Assembly: GCF_902713615.1 (NCBI RefSeq)
Contig: NC_052157.1
Location: forward strand, 154,169,004 to 154,233,003
From: Scyliorhinus canicula
Taxonomy: Eukaryota
Length of the DNA: 64,000 nucleotides
Direction of reading: 5' to 3'
Both the position numbers and the translations under genes were made by a program. The notes beneath the pieces were generated by a model. It was not told the origin of the DNA. It saw only the letters and a list, made by a program, of their open reading frames with translations, and searched no databases. How positions within the stretch are numbered: position 1 is the stretch's first letter; each line of letters opens with the position of its first letter. Of the stretch, positions 37,431 to 50,715 are shown one piece after another.

Positions 37431-38179
37431 CTGCAAGACAATAACAAAGAAAAGCTTTCAATAATTGGATTGCAAGATCTGATGAAACGCACAAAGGAAA
37501 TATTTGCAATCATATCACTTCTCATCATGCCTAAACATTTCAAAGCTCTTACAGTACAGTGAATCACTGAATTAGTGAATTGCGATGTAGTCAGTTTGCA
37601 CTACTAAAGCAGCGGGGAATACTGTAAAGGTTCTTACTGTGTCTCTCAGTTGTAACTGAAGCAAAGCACCATCATAAGCTTGTAATTTTAAGAGAAAACA
37701 TAGCTGTAGTGCAATGTAACCTTCCCAGTAACTGGAGTGGGGTCAGATTCGAGAAACCAGAATGAAGCAGCAACTGTATATACAAGGTGCAAGGTTAAAA
37801 CGTAATTAGAATGGTTGCAACATGACTGGGCAATTGACTCAGGAAGGCATTTTTCCATAATTTCCATGATTAACTAAACTGAGAGAAGCTTAATAAAGAC
37901 AGCTTGTCTGTGAGAGCTGAGAGATAGAAGGGTAAAGGTGTACGGTTCATGCATTTGTAATGAACGACTATGATGAGGTTGGGTTTACAAGTAAATAGGT
38001 GGGTTTTAAATTTGCATGAGATAGGGAGAGACTTGATTTTTCAGCTGTTGAATTTTAACAGGGAAGATCCAAACTGACATGGGACTTTTAGGTACATTAA
38101 ATTTTAGTGACCCAAAAGTGGAAGCAAAGTACGAAAATGTGAAAACATATTTGGAAAACAACTTTCCTTTATATTACCC

Positions 38180-39020
38180 GCCAGTATGCTTTCATGTCTC
38201 CTTTTAAGTTCTCTCTCACATATTCTATACTCCAATGGCTTCTGCTGCTTTGGTCCCTCAATATGTGCCACAGCCTCCCTTTTTTTCTATTTATTCAATG
38301 CTGTATATCGCTTGATATCCAGAGTCCATTGGATTTCTTGGTCCCACCCTTTTTCTTTATTGGAACACGTTGGCCTTGCACTCTCCCTATTTCCTTCTTG
38401 AATGCATCCCATTGATCTGTCACTGGTTTACCTGAAAGTGTCTGCTCCCAATCCACTCTGGCAAAATCATATTTGATCTGATTAAAATCGGCCGGCCTCC
38501 ATATTGGAACTTTGATTTTAGGCCCTCCTCGTCCTTTTCCATAACAATCTTGAATCTAAATATATCCAAATAGGTGGATTGGTCACGATCAATGAGCGGG
38601 GTTACGGGCATAGGGTGGGGGAGTGGGCCTAGATGGTGCTCTTTCGGAGGGTCAGTGCAGACGCGATGGAGTGATTGGCCTCCTTCTGCGCTGTAGGGAT
38701 TCTATGGATTCTAACGGGAGTTATGATCGTTGTCTGCAAAATGCACCCCCACTGATAGTTCAACCACTTGCCAGACATTGTAACCTAAAATTAAGTCCAG
38801 TCCAGGACTACCCCCTCTCATAGGATCTATATACCGGCTTAAAAGATTTTCCTGGACACATTTTAAGAATTCAGGTCCCTCCAAACCTTTCCCATTATGA
38901 CTACCCCAGTTAATGTTGGGGAAGCTGAAATCCCCCATCACTGCCCTATTATTTTTACACCTCCCTGAGATTTGCCGACATGTATGCTCTTCTATTTCTC
39001 TTGGACTGTTAAGGGGCCTA
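38180..39020 (-). mobile_element. CR1 ORF2 endonuclease-region fragment with a SINE tail inserted at about 38570-38712
   Basis: MGDFSFPNINW..FLKCVQEN..LDLILG..DNDHN. Confidence 0.75.
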
Positions 39021-39470
39021 ACTGTCTTTTACGTGGAAATCTTTTGGATTTCCACATCAGAGTGGAGGTGTTTGAGTAATCACACGGTATACCTTTGTTG
39101 AAGCAACAACAATTCTTTGCCTTGGGTAACATTACTGGGTTTATAATTGTTAAATATCATGAGGGGAGTTGCTTCAAAGCCAGCAGTATACTAGTGTGCT
39201 CTGACACAGTGGGATTTCTAGGGGGCTGTTTCAACTGCGTTACTTTTTTCTCCTCAATAAATCTTAAGTTTTAAAATCTTAAAAGATGCTACTGGTATTC
39301 TATGCTTTTGGGGTCAGTAGCTTTTGCTCCTAATTTTCAAAAGAAAAAAAAGTTGTGATCAGTGAGACAGGTTTCCCTCTGGGACCTGGCTTGCTCAACA
39401 GATAACATCTGTGGTGGTCGTATTAGGGCAGCATCAACAAAACTAAGTATTTGAGGAGCATCATTCAAAT

Positions 39471-39820
39471 GGGCAGCATGGTAGCATTGTGGTCAGCAGA
39501 ATTGCTTCACAGCTCCAGGGTCCCAGGTTCGATTCCTGGCTTGGGTCACTGTCTGTGCGGAGTCTGCACGCTCTCCGTGTGTGCGTGGGTTTCCTCCGGG
39601 TGCTCCGGTTTCCTCCCACAGTCCAAAGATGTGCAGGTTAGGTGGATTGGCCATGATAAATTGCCTTTCACGTCCAAAATTGCCCTTAGTGTTGGATGGG
39701 GTTACTGGGTTATGGGGATAGGGTGGAGGTGTGGGCTTGGGTGGGGTGCTGTTTTGAAGAGCCGGTGCAGACCCGATGGCCCGAATGGCCTCCTGCTGCG
39801 CTGTAAATTCCATGATTCTA
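39471..39820 (+). mobile_element. V-SINE type A (HE1-like), full length
   Basis: gggcagcatggtagc head, V core, CR1-type tail. Confidence 0.9.
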
Positions 39821-41049
39821 AAAATCTATGCAGGAGTTGAGTGGCTCCTGAAACCAGTCACTTGTTCTTGGACAATGATTATTGGACAGTGAGCCAGACA
39901 AAAGACAAATTGGTGGGAGAGGGGGGGGGGGATCTATAAATATTGAAAATACCAAAGTCCAAAAGGGTAATCATTTCAGTTCAGATGCTGTTTTAAGATA
40001 ATGTGTGACTGCAACGTGTGCTTAACTTGAAACCCTAGACTATTTATTTGAGCTTATGCAGCATGGACAAAATTATTCTGTTTACCAAATAATTGCAATA
40101 ATCGAAGTGTGACGCTGGCAGTCAGTCAGTGAGTGCAGTGCCTCTGTTTATATCCCAAGCACATTCATGCTTGCCTTTCAGCAAATTGATAAATAATCTA
40201 CGTACTCGGAATTACTACCCAAATAGGAATACTTGGAACTTCCCGGAAGAATGTGTGATGCAGTAATAAATAAAAAGCCCTGTGTCAAGTTTCTCAGAGA
40301 GAAGTCCCAGAATAAACCATTATACCACATGAATTAGCGACTGCCAATTTAGGTGCCAAGGCATCTGTTGTCATTTTGCAATTTATTTTGATTAAAATAA
40401 AAATCACCATCTCTCCTGATGGTCCTGGACCCTCATTGGGAACTGACTCCTCTAGCGCCAGCTTTATGCACAGGAAGAATTTGTCATGTGAGAATCTGAA
40501 GAGTGAGCGTTGTTGGAAAGTTGTTAAACGATCATAGCCAAGCAATTCTGCCGTCACTAGACACCCGCACACATTCCAGCACGAGTCACTGGACACAAAT
40601 CATGACTAAGATTCCTGCCTAGTTTCCCTTTTCTATAGGCCAGCAGCATTGAGACAAACTGAAGCACTCGCCTGCTGCAAGTGCCCATTTTCTTTTGAGT
40701 GATTCAAAGTAGGGAAGTCCTTCAAGATGTTTCGGACATGTTGGAAAATACAATTTCATCCTGTCCGACAACTCAGCAAAATTGAACACAAGACTTTGCG
40801 ACAGTACAATGATTTTACCGAATGCTTAAAGAATCCACACAATGGGGAGTGATCCATTTTTGACCTTTGAAATCTAACAATTCTAGCCACAAAACTCAGC
40901 CAACACTGTTCAGTTAAAGCTTTGAAGTTTTATTTGGTCCTTTGCCCCTTTACGTGGTTTAAGCAGGGGCTGTTCCCTCATTGGAAACACCACAAAGTCT
41001 GTTTGAATCAGCAATTTGTGACAGGTGCAGATTGACAGGAACATTTGTG

Positions 41050-41645
41050 TAAAGAAGAAAAGTATAGCACAGGAACAGGCCCTTCGGCCCTCCAAGCCTG
41101 CGCCGACCACGCTGCCCGTCTAAACTAAAACCTTCTACACTTCCTGAGTCCGTATCCCTGTATTCCCACCCTATTCATTTATTTGTCAAGATGCCCCTTA
41201 AACGTCACTATCGTCCCTGCTTCCACCGCCTCCTCCGGCAGTGATGGCCCCTAGTAATTGACCCTTCTACTCTGGGAAAAAGTCTCTGATTATCCACTCT
41301 GTCTATGCTCCTCATAATTTTGTAGACCTCTATCAGATCGCCCCTCAACCTCCTTCGTTCCAGTGAGAACAAAACAAGTTTGTTCAACCTCTCCTCATAG
41401 CTAATGCCCTCCATACCAGGCAACAGCCTGGTAAATCTCTTCTGCACCCTCTCTAAAGCCTCCACATCCTTCTGGTAGTGTGGCGACCAGAATTGAACAC
41501 TATACTCCCTGTGGCCTAACTAAGGTTCAATACAGCTGCAAAATGATTTGCCAATTTTTATACTCAATGCCCTGGCCAATGAAGGCAAGCATGCCGTATG
41601 CCTTCTTGACTACCTTCTCCACCTGTGTTGCCCCTTTCAGTGACC
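41050..41645 (-). mobile_element. CR1 LINE 3' fragment
   Basis: ALERVQKRFTRLLPGMEG..FSLERRRLRGDLIEVYKIM. Confidence 0.9.
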
Positions 41646-41756
41646 TTGTAAAGGCCGTACAATCTCCAACTTTTCAAAAGGATGGGGGTCAACGCAACCT
41701 CTATGTCGTGCTCTGCACGAGACTGACTTTGCAAAAGAGAACAACCGTAGCCGTAC

Positions 41757-41930
41757 CTATTTTGACACGAATGCCGTTCATATTAGATTTCTTCCGGCTG
41801 ACGTAAGACAGTAGAATATTCTGTGGTTTCAGATCCCGATGGATTATTCCTTTGTTGTGAAGTATTCGCATGGCAGCTGCAATCTGCTGGAGAAAGACTC
41901 TAATGGTGTCTTCACTAAGGGTCCCTTTGG
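41757..41930 (-). CDS. ULK2: ULK2 coding exon (174 nt; [57 protein letters not shown]), catalytic loop
   Basis: AG/GT boundaries; HRDLKPQN catalytic motif; phase 1-1 fits neighbouring exons. Confidence 0.97.
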
Positions 41931-42099
41931 CTATTCAAAACAAAAAAATTAGTTACCTGTAACTCAAACTCTGGGGTATACTGTTCTAACAGAATCTTCT
42001 AATATCAGAGCCTACGCGACTTCAATGTTATTTTGATATTGTAGGCTGCTAACTAGATTTTTGTAATCGACCAAAAATAATCAATCTCCAAGTATAAGT

Positions 42100-42640
42100 C
42101 ATAGATGTAGGAAATCTGAAATTAAAATAGGCAATGCTGGAAACACTTGGATCAGGCTCAGCATCTGTATAAAGGTCATGGTTAATGCTTTGGGTGCACC
42201 ATCGCACAATGGATTTGATGACGGTCCCATGAGCAGCACGTGGTTAGCACTATGGCTTCACAGCTCCAGGGTCAGAGATTCGATTCCTGGCTTGGGTCAC
42301 TGTCTGTGTGGAGTCTGCACGTTCTCCCCTTGTCTGTGGGGGTTTCCTCCGGGTGCTCCGGTTTCCTCACAGTCCAAAGATGTGCGGGTTAGGTGGATTG
42401 GCCATGCCAAATTGCCCGTAGTGTCCAAAAAAGTGAAGTGGGAGTTATTGGGTTACGGGGATAGGGTAGATACGTAGCCTTGAGTAGGGTGCTCTTTGTC
42501 AGGGCCGGTGCAGACACGATGGGCTGAATGGCCTCCTTCTGCACTGTAAATTCTATGATTCTCTGATGAGAAACATCAATTCCAAAGCTCTCATAAATGC
42601 TGGTTGCCCTGCTCAGTGTTTCCAGTTTTTGACTGACAAA
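42100..42640. mobile_element. Degenerate inverted Penelope-like terminal repeat split by a V-SINE type A (42231-42562)
   Basis: Left arm aatgctggaaacact..agcatctgt is the inverse of right arm atgctg..ctgctcagtgtttccag; same family as 62812-62925. Confidence 0.5.
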
Positions 42641-43331
42641 TGTTGCATCCTGCTCGTTTACAACAAGAAATGCACTTTGTGCAGTTCAACACCAAGAAGC
42701 ATTTGGGAAGATCAATAACTTTGGGGAGAACATCTTTATTTCTCCAGAATTATGACTTCAGCACGTGCCCAAAACAATTGCAACATTTTGTATTCACACT
42801 GATCCTGAATTACAAAACGTTCTGTTCCGATATTGAGTCAAGGTAATCAAATCAATTTATGACTTAAAGCACAGGATCAGTTATAAACAGCAAGACACGC
42901 CCACTGAAGACAATATTATTTTCCAGTTTAAGATTTGGAGACGTGGGAAGTCATGCATTAATTACCATGTAGCCTTATTTCAGCTCGAGAGCAATTTCGA
43001 GAACAAATGCATACTACTGTTGTGGTATTTTGAAGTCCCTGTTTTTCCATAATCTAGAATTTAACCAATTAAAATCCGAAAAAACTTACTCAAAATGCTT
43101 GTGCAATAGTCACAGTTAAGCAATTATAATACAAATATTACCGAAGCATTCACCTTTTCCATAATATCTTTAAATTCACGAAATTTTCTGCACAGGCTCT
43201 GTTCTGCTGCAGATTTTGTTTAACCTACAGTAACAGAGTCCCTGCTCTGCCAACTCAAGTAAAGCGAAGAGTAGAACAGAGAGAACAGAACATGTTTTCA
43301 AACAAACTTAAAAGTAAATGGAAAAGAGATA

Positions 43332-43488
43332 TAATAATAGTCTTCACTGGTGTCACAAGTAGGCTTACATTAACACTGCAATGAAGTTACTGTGAAAACC
43401 CTCTAGTCACCACATTCCGGCGGCTGTTCGGGTACACAGAGGAAGAATTCAGAATATCCAATCCACCTAACAAGCACGTCTTTGGGAC
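43332..43488 (-). mobile_element. SINE type C tail fragment
   Basis: tgtcacaagtaggcttacattaacactgcaatgaagttactgtgaaaa. Confidence 0.8.
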
Positions 43489-43653
43489 ATTTTGGATGTA
43501 TTTAAGTAGGGAAGTACTGAATTGACAACCCCTTTCACATCGATGAGGCCAGCAGTTATCTTTGCATCAGAGTTTTGAATACTAATACTTTGAACAATAT
43601 TCACTCCAAGAGCTACATCCACATCAACTGTAATAAAGAACATTTTAACTTAC

Positions 43654-43690
43654 TTTGCAGATAATCTGCCAGGTCACCTCCATTGCAGTA
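43654..43690 (-). CDS. ULK2: ULK2 coding exon (37 nt; YCNGGDLADYLQ)
   Basis: catag|TAC TGC AAT GGA GGT GAC CTG GCA GAT TAT CTG CAA A|gtaagt; kinase hinge motif of ULK1/2. Confidence 0.96.
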
Positions 43691-43847
43691 CTATGAAGTA
43701 GAAGGAAAAAATGTCAGCATAATATTTGCAAGTTTTAAAATACCACGTATATTAGACAGTGTCCCTTGTTAAAGGAAATACATTTTTTGTGCATCCGCTC
43801 TCAAATCTAACCAAGTGAAATAAGCATAATTACAGAGTACTTATTAA

Positions 43848-44192
43848 CGTAGAACTACAGTGCAGAAGGCCATTCGGCCCATCAAGTCTGCACACACCTA
43901 CTTAAGCCCTCACTTCCTCCCTATCCCCGTAACCCAATAACCCCATCTAACCTTTTTGGTCACGAAGGGCAATTTAGCATGGCCAATTCACCTAACCTGC
44001 ACGTCTTTGGACTGTGGGAGGAAACCGGAGCACCCGGAGGAAACCCACGCAGACACGGGGAGAACGTGCAGACTCCGCACAGACAGTGACTGAGCGGGGA
44101 ATCGAACCTGGGACCCTGCGAATTGAAACCGCGCTGCTGTCCTCGCTCTGCATCACAAACCAGCTGTCCAGCAAATTGAGCTAAACCGGCCC
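43848..44192 (-). mobile_element. Chimeric SINE: alternative tRNA head fused to a V-SINE type A body
   Basis: Minus strand gggccggtttagctcaa..gcgcggtttcaattcg|cagggtcccaggttcgattcc.. V core..CR1 tail. Confidence 0.8.
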
Positions 44193-44311
44193 ACAATATA
44201 ATCATCGATGACAAAACTGAATAACCAAAAGAAAGATACCAAACAGACCCAAGGTTCATCTGACATGAGGTTGTAGTCACCAGCTTCCCCAATTACAAAG
44301 AGCTACAAAGG

Positions 44312-44628
44312 ACGGTAGCACAAGTGGATAGCACTGTGGCTTCACAGTGCCAGGGTCCCAGGTTCGATACCACACTGGGTTGTTGTCTGTGCGGAGTCTG
44401 CACGTCCTCTCTGTGTCTGCATGGGTTTCCTCCGGGTGCTCCGGTTTCCTCCCACAGTCCAAAGACATGCAGGTTAGGTGGATTGGCCATGCTAAATTGC
44501 CCTAGTGACCAAAAAAAAAGGTTAGATGGGGTTATTGGGTTACAGGGATAGGGTGGAAGTGAGGGCTTAAGTGGGTCGGTGCAGACTCGATGGGCCGAAT
44601 GGCCTCCTTCTGCACTGTATGTTCTATG
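44312..44628 (+). mobile_element. V-SINE type A
   Basis: Head, V core and tgcactgtatgttctatg tail. Confidence 0.9.
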
Positions 44629-44703
44629 GCTGTAAAAATATTCCATCACACTCCATGCAGAATGAACAATATCTGAATGAATAAAAGTATCCTTTACGCT
44701 TAC

Positions 44704-44736
44704 CTCCATCACTAAGTGGACAGAGTTTGGAGTCTC
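44704..44736 (-). CDS. ULK2: ULK2 coding exon (33 nt; ETPNSVHLVME), equivalent to mammalian exon 4
   Basis: Minus strand ttccag|GAG ACT CCA AAC TCT GTC CAC TTA GTG ATG GAG|gtaagc; matches ULK2 ELPNSVFLVME; phase 0-0. Confidence 0.93.
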
Positions 44737-46849
44737 CTGGAAATGGAAAAAAATGAATTCAATTACTCACTTAAATAAGAGATCCAAAGAGATAGAAAAT
44801 ATAGACTTGCCTGGGAACATGTGGTATTGAAATGCATTCTTCAGAAAAACAGCTTCAGAAAAGCCAAATAATTTTATAAGCACTTCCAGGCAATAATTAA
44901 GTAAGGTTTAGCGTCAGCAATAATAGGTCAGAACAACTAAGGGCATCTGTTGTTAGTTTGACTTGTCCTTGCATGTCTCGGTTTATTGTTGTGCATGGCA
45001 GGCTGCTGAAAGTACAAGTGATAATCTCTCCAGCCAGGTCCCGAATGTATGACTGCTTATTTCTCTCCCCCTTAACTCCCTCAACAGAGGCCAACCTCCG
45101 TCAGTCCGCTTGCTAGAGTTCTCCCCCAAAACTATTTCACCTTCCTACTTCATTCCCTGCCTTCAAAACTCTCCTTCAAACAAAAAAAAAAAATCAATTT
45201 TTCTGCTCAGTCTTTGGGCTCTGCCACACAAAATGCTCTTCCTTTGCTCAGCAACCTCTCGGATTGTCAAGTGCACCCAACGGTTTAAAACAAGACTAGC
45301 ATGTGAAACGTGACTGCCCTTGTTTTCACGCAGCCGAGTCAAAAGTATCAACATAAACTGTAGAGGAGAACTATGGCCCAAATCAACTTATCCTGAAAAA
45401 TGAATGGCAGGAATCTGAAGATGAAAATAAAATACTTGTTAGTTAAAATGTTCTCATTAGAAATGCAAAATATTTACAACAGCATTTGCAAAACCAAAAA
45501 GAAGAATCGTGGTCACAAGCATTGACCGATGATGAATGCTGAATATGGTTTATTCATTTATCTTTCCCCCACTAGCAACCATTTACATCTGGCCACTTTG
45601 GTCAATACCAATTCTATCAGACTTTAAATAAATGCAGACATTAGAGATGACCCGTCTCGGGGATCACAAAAATTTTGGATTGTCCCATGGAGTGGCGAAA
45701 TGCGAGTCGGTGTACCCCATGATATTCCCAACTTCAACCACGTCACTGTGGTGGGCACCAAAAAAAGGAACGAGAAAGAGGCAAAAAACTCTGCAGCTGC
45801 TTTGCTGTTACTCAACAAATCTTGCTGCTGGGAGATGAAACGGGACAATAGACAATGTGGAATAGTTTAATATTAAATCATCTCAAATATTTAGCCGGAG
45901 CAACTGCTTTCATTCTGGACAGTTTGACCGGCCAAAGATAGGGCAATCTTGGTTTTCTCAGGGAGCTAACTCATTTAAAATCCCAGAGCTCAAACCTGTA
46001 TCAGGTTCAGGGTACAAAACCATGGCTCAGTTGTAAAAATAAGTTCCAAACTTGACGTGGAACTTGGTCATATTTTTACATGCTTGCATAGCAAGAGCAC
46101 ATTTTTTTCAGATCACAAGCATTATTGGCTTGCAGTTGAGCCTCACACTGAAATGTGGGCAAAGTACCAACAGCAGCAGCTGGCAACCAACTATAAATAT
46201 CACTTCCAGCAGCGTGCATGCACGTGATTAGTCAGATGGCAGATTGTGCAGTTCTTCCCAGTATTAAAACAGACTCCATTCATAGCAATTACCTACGGTA
46301 CGCCTACATTATTCATTTGTTTGTATATATATATATATATATTTATCTTTTTATACGTTTATCGCCAATTTGAATTTCCATTCATGCAGTCCCTGATGGA
46401 TGAGTGGATGCGTAATAAACAAATAAACAAACTACCTGAACCAACACTTCTCTAACAAAATTACAGCAGATATCCAAAACAGATACGGGTATATGGAAAT
46501 AAAAGACAAATCAAAATTCTGAAACAACAAAAAACAAAGTTTACAAAGTCAAGAGACAGTAGGCAAGCTTCAGTTAGGCACAGAGGAACTCGAGGAAAAC
46601 GGAGTTACAACAGATGGAGACTTAACTGACACCAAGGAAGATGGCTGCCAGATACCAATCATCACGGGCCAGGACATTGTTGCAGAAGTCCTTCACGAGC
46701 ACAGCCTTGATCCAATATCCTCAGCTATTTCATCAATGATCTTCCTGCCATCATAAGGTCAGGAAGGGGGTCGTTCTCTGACAATCCCAATATTCAGTTT
46801 CATTCATAACTGCTCCACTAACGAAGCATAGCAAAGCACAGCAACCACA

Positions 46850-47811
46850 AGGATCTGTTTTGGGGCCGCTGCTGTTTGTCATTTTTATAAATGACCTGGA
46901 GGAAGGCATAGAAGGACGAGTAAATTTGCAGATGACACTAAAGTCGGTGGAGTTGTGGACAGTGCAGAAGGATGTTACAAGTTACAGAAGGACATAGATA
47001 AGCTGCAGAACTGGGCTGACAGGTGGCAAATGGAGTTCAATGCAGAAAAGTGTGAGGTGATTCATTTTGGAAGAAATAACAGGAAGACAGAGTACTGGGC
47101 GAATGGCAAGATTCTTGGTATTGTGGACGAGCAGATAGATCTCGGTGTCCATGTACATAGATCCCTGAAAGTTTCCACCCAGGTTGAGAGGGTTGTTAAG
47201 AAGGCGTACGGTGTGTTAGCTTTTATTGGTAGAGGAATTGAGTTTCGGAGCCGTGAGGTCATGTTGCAGTTGTACAAAACTCTGGTGCGCCCACATTTAG
47301 AGTATTGCGTGCAGTTCTGGTCGCTGCATTATAGGAAGGATGTGGAAGCATTGGAAAGGGTACAGAGGAGATTTACAAGGATGTTGCCTGGCATGGAGGG
47401 AAGATCTTACGAGGAAAAGCTGAGGGACTTGAGGCTGTTTTCGTTAGAGAGAAGATTAAGAGGTGACTTAATTGAGGCATACAAGATGATCAGAGGATTA
47501 GATAGGGTGGACATTGAGAGCCTTTTTCCTCAGGTGGGATGTCCAGCACAAGGGGACATAGCTTTAAATTGAGGGGAGATAGATATAGGACAGATGTCAG
47601 AGGTTGATTCTTTACTCGGAGAGTAGTAAGGGCGTGGAATGCCCAGCCTGCAACAGTAGTGGACTCGCCAACACTAAACGCATTCAAATGGTCATTGGAT
47701 AGGCATATGGACGATAAGGGAATAGTGTAGATGGGCTTTAGAGTGGTTTTACAGGTCAGTGCAACATCGAGGGCCGAAGGGCCTGTACTGCGCTGTAATG
47801 TTCTATGTTCT
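46850..47811 (+). mobile_element. CR1 LINE 3' fragment, nested in an older LINE remnant (about 46620-48520)
   Basis: ORF 46955..47572: WQMEFNAEKCEVIHFG..LVRPHLEYCVQFW..LRGDLIEAYK. Confidence 0.92.
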
Positions 47812-49260
47812 TGTCAACATACAAGCTGCAAGCTGTGGTTGACAAGTAGTCAACAGTGGTTTCACACAGGCACGAAGGTAATAGTCACAGGGACATAGGA
47901 TCACCTGAAATAAGAAGAATGGCAAATGTCCTTTCCCCAAACAACTGGGTTTGCCAATGACAAGATGGTCAGAATGGAGCAGTCCAATGCTGTGGCATCA
48001 GTAGAGTATGGAAAAGATCATCGTGACGGCGTTTATCTCGACATCACAAGATTATTTATCTACTATAACTCTCATCAGGAATATGTTGCAAAATTCACCT
48101 GAATAGATGTAGCTGCAACAGTAACTCAATTCTGTTTAGTACCAAGCCTGATTGGCTACTTGCCACTGGACTCAATATCCAGCCTCCTCAATCAGAAGCA
48201 CACTGTGGTTGCAGTGAATACAATTCCTAGGACGCACCGCCAAGAACTCACCAAGGTTACCTCAAGAGTACCTCCCCAACGACCTCAACCATTGAAAAGC
48301 AGGAATGCAGAAGGAAGACCATGAAGCTTGCCTTAATCACACAGCATCTTTACTTTTATATAGATAGCCATTCTTTCAGAGGTGCTGGTTCAATAATTAG
48401 AAATTCCTTACCTAATACCATTGTAGAATTAGGGGATGTAACATTTCATGGTCAACACTGGCCGACACCAAGAATAAATGCAGCCTTTCACTAGCTTTGC
48501 CCACAATCCTGAATTGTACAATGCTAGCCAAGACCAAACATTCAGTATTCTCGCCGTCACCAGCGATGCTTATTTCCAAACACTAACCACTTCCACGTGC
48601 ACTTCAACCACCTTCTACCAACTACTGAAGCCTGCTTTCAAGTTCAACATCTCCGGACTTCACTCCAATCCCAGTCTCCTGCTAACCTGCCTGCATCCAC
48701 ACTTTGGAAAATCCTCCAAACTGTTCCAAGATGAAGCTGCTTGTTTTGCATTCTGCGCTCAGCCATGCCTGTTCTTTGTGCTTATCCTACGCGACCTTTG
48801 ACAGACTCCTCCTTCCTCAAATTTGAAATGTTCATCCATGTAATCTTTCACAACCTCACTCTGCCCCAACTTTGCACTGGACTCCACTAGACATACTCGA
48901 GCGCACTCTTTGGTCTTCTGCCTCTGAGGTGATCAACCTGGTGATTTCTGTCCAGGGAAACAAAAAAAGTCTCGAAACATTCTCATATCAAATGCTGCTT
49001 GCAACTTGGTAGTTTTGAGAAGCATAAATATGTCCCATAAATCACACATAAAACATCGTCACATTTTCTTCTGTGGCTATGCATCCCAAGCTATGGTCCG
49101 TGGGTTTAAATTCTGGGCAGTCAACCCATTCTGCTGAAACCCACGAGTCAGCTGCCAGATGGAATGTAAATTGCAGTCCAGGATAATTGACCCATACGTC
49201 TCCTCCTTCCCCCTTCTACCACCTCCCCAACAGGGTGACTGGGATATACAGTAAATTGTG

Positions 49261-49477
49261 GGTTTTTTTTTTAAATTTAGAGTACCCAATTATTCTTTTT
49301 CCAATTAAGGGGAATTTAGTGGAGCCAATCCACCTAACCTGCACATCTTTGGGTTGTGAGGGCGAAACCCACAGACACGGGGAGAATGTGCAAACTCCAC
49401 ACGGACAGTGACCCAGAGCCAGAATCAAACCTGGGTCCTCAGCACTGTAGACAGCAGTGCTAACCACTGTGCAGCCC
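49261..49477 (-). mobile_element. V-SINE type B with 14-bp TSD
   Basis: TSD tacagtaaattgtg at 49247-49260 and 49478-49491. Confidence 0.92.
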
Positions 49478-49656
49478 TACAGTAAATTGTGTGTTATCAG
49501 ACACTTTACCAATTGGAATTCCATACTGACTGGAATTTCTGATGTTCCCCTAACCAGAATAGTCAGCAATTACCGGGAAACCCATATACTTGCTTTTTTA
49601 ATGTATTGTTGAAGAGTGAATTTTTTTAAAATTGCTCTTCTACACTTCGAATACTT

Positions 49657-50524
49657 TGTAGCCACCTGGGGTGGCCACTTCCCGATTCCAAAATGGAGAC
49701 CCGCAAAGAATACAGGGAAAATTAGCCAGGCACAGAAAACAAGCAGGTGCAAGGTTTCCTGTGTATTAAGATTTGGAAAACCCAGACAGAACCGAAACCA
49801 GTAGCCATCTACATATTAATGAGCAATCCCCAGGAACAATTAGATACATTGAAGTGATCGGGACCAAACCGGACTCCCCGGCGCCAGCGGGAGCCAGGTC
49901 AAAGGAAGGCCAACAGACACATAGGAACCGCCCAGCGATCAGCTCCAGTATTGGAGAAATCGATCGGAACGATTGGAACTTGGTCCAATTAATTGGGGCC
50001 AGGTCCGGGGACCGCCCAAAAGGGCGCGAAACCCCTGGGGGACTATAAAATAGAGTCCCCAAGATCAGCTTGTCCTTCTTGGCAGGTTCTCTTAGCAGCT
50101 TGAAAGAACTCTTGACCGTGACTCTCAACAAGGAGAGGCCTGCCTAGCAGCTGCACCAACCAAGTAAGTTTCCAGTCAACGCACGCTACGAGATAGGCGC
50201 TCCTAGCTACTATTCCATGCCAGCTTGAAACCTGCAGCCTCAGAACCGAACAAAGGCCATTGTTCCTCTGACCTGGTGGGCACTTCCAAAAGCTAAGTAT
50301 AGGCCTTTAGTGTTAGTAATAGTCTAGTAAGTATAGTTTTATGCATGAGTAGTGATTGACTGTGTATAATAAATGTGTTTTGGTTTGAAACTTACTAACT
50401 GGTGTATTGAGTTATTGATCAGCACTTGACCTTGAACCTCGTGGTGGTATCAGAAAGATACCTGGCGACTCTAGAGCAAAGGTTATTAAAACAGAGCAAT
50501 TAAGTAAAAGCACAATTAGCAACA
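49657..50524 (+). mobile_element. Solo LTR, 868 bp, with perfect 4-bp TSD
   Basis: TGTAGC...GCAACA termini; TSD actt at 49653-49656 and 50525-50528; TATAAAA at 50044; AATAAA at 50368. Confidence 0.88.
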
Positions 50525-50715
50525 ACTTCCATATTAATTCATATGACAATTATTGTTGTGTATTCCACTGGCAAATGAAAGTCTCTATTAACAGGCATTT
50601 TTGATTAACCAACACCACCCATTCCCCTTGCGTGCCAGAAAAAGATTTTACAGTATTAAGGCCATGAGGGGGAGACTATTTCACCACTATTCAGTCCTGA
50701 ACCCCTCAGACTGAA

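Noticed and set aside
37581-39424. Possible additional degenerate LTR split by a CR1 fragment
   Set aside because: Termini and TSD are not convincing enough to call
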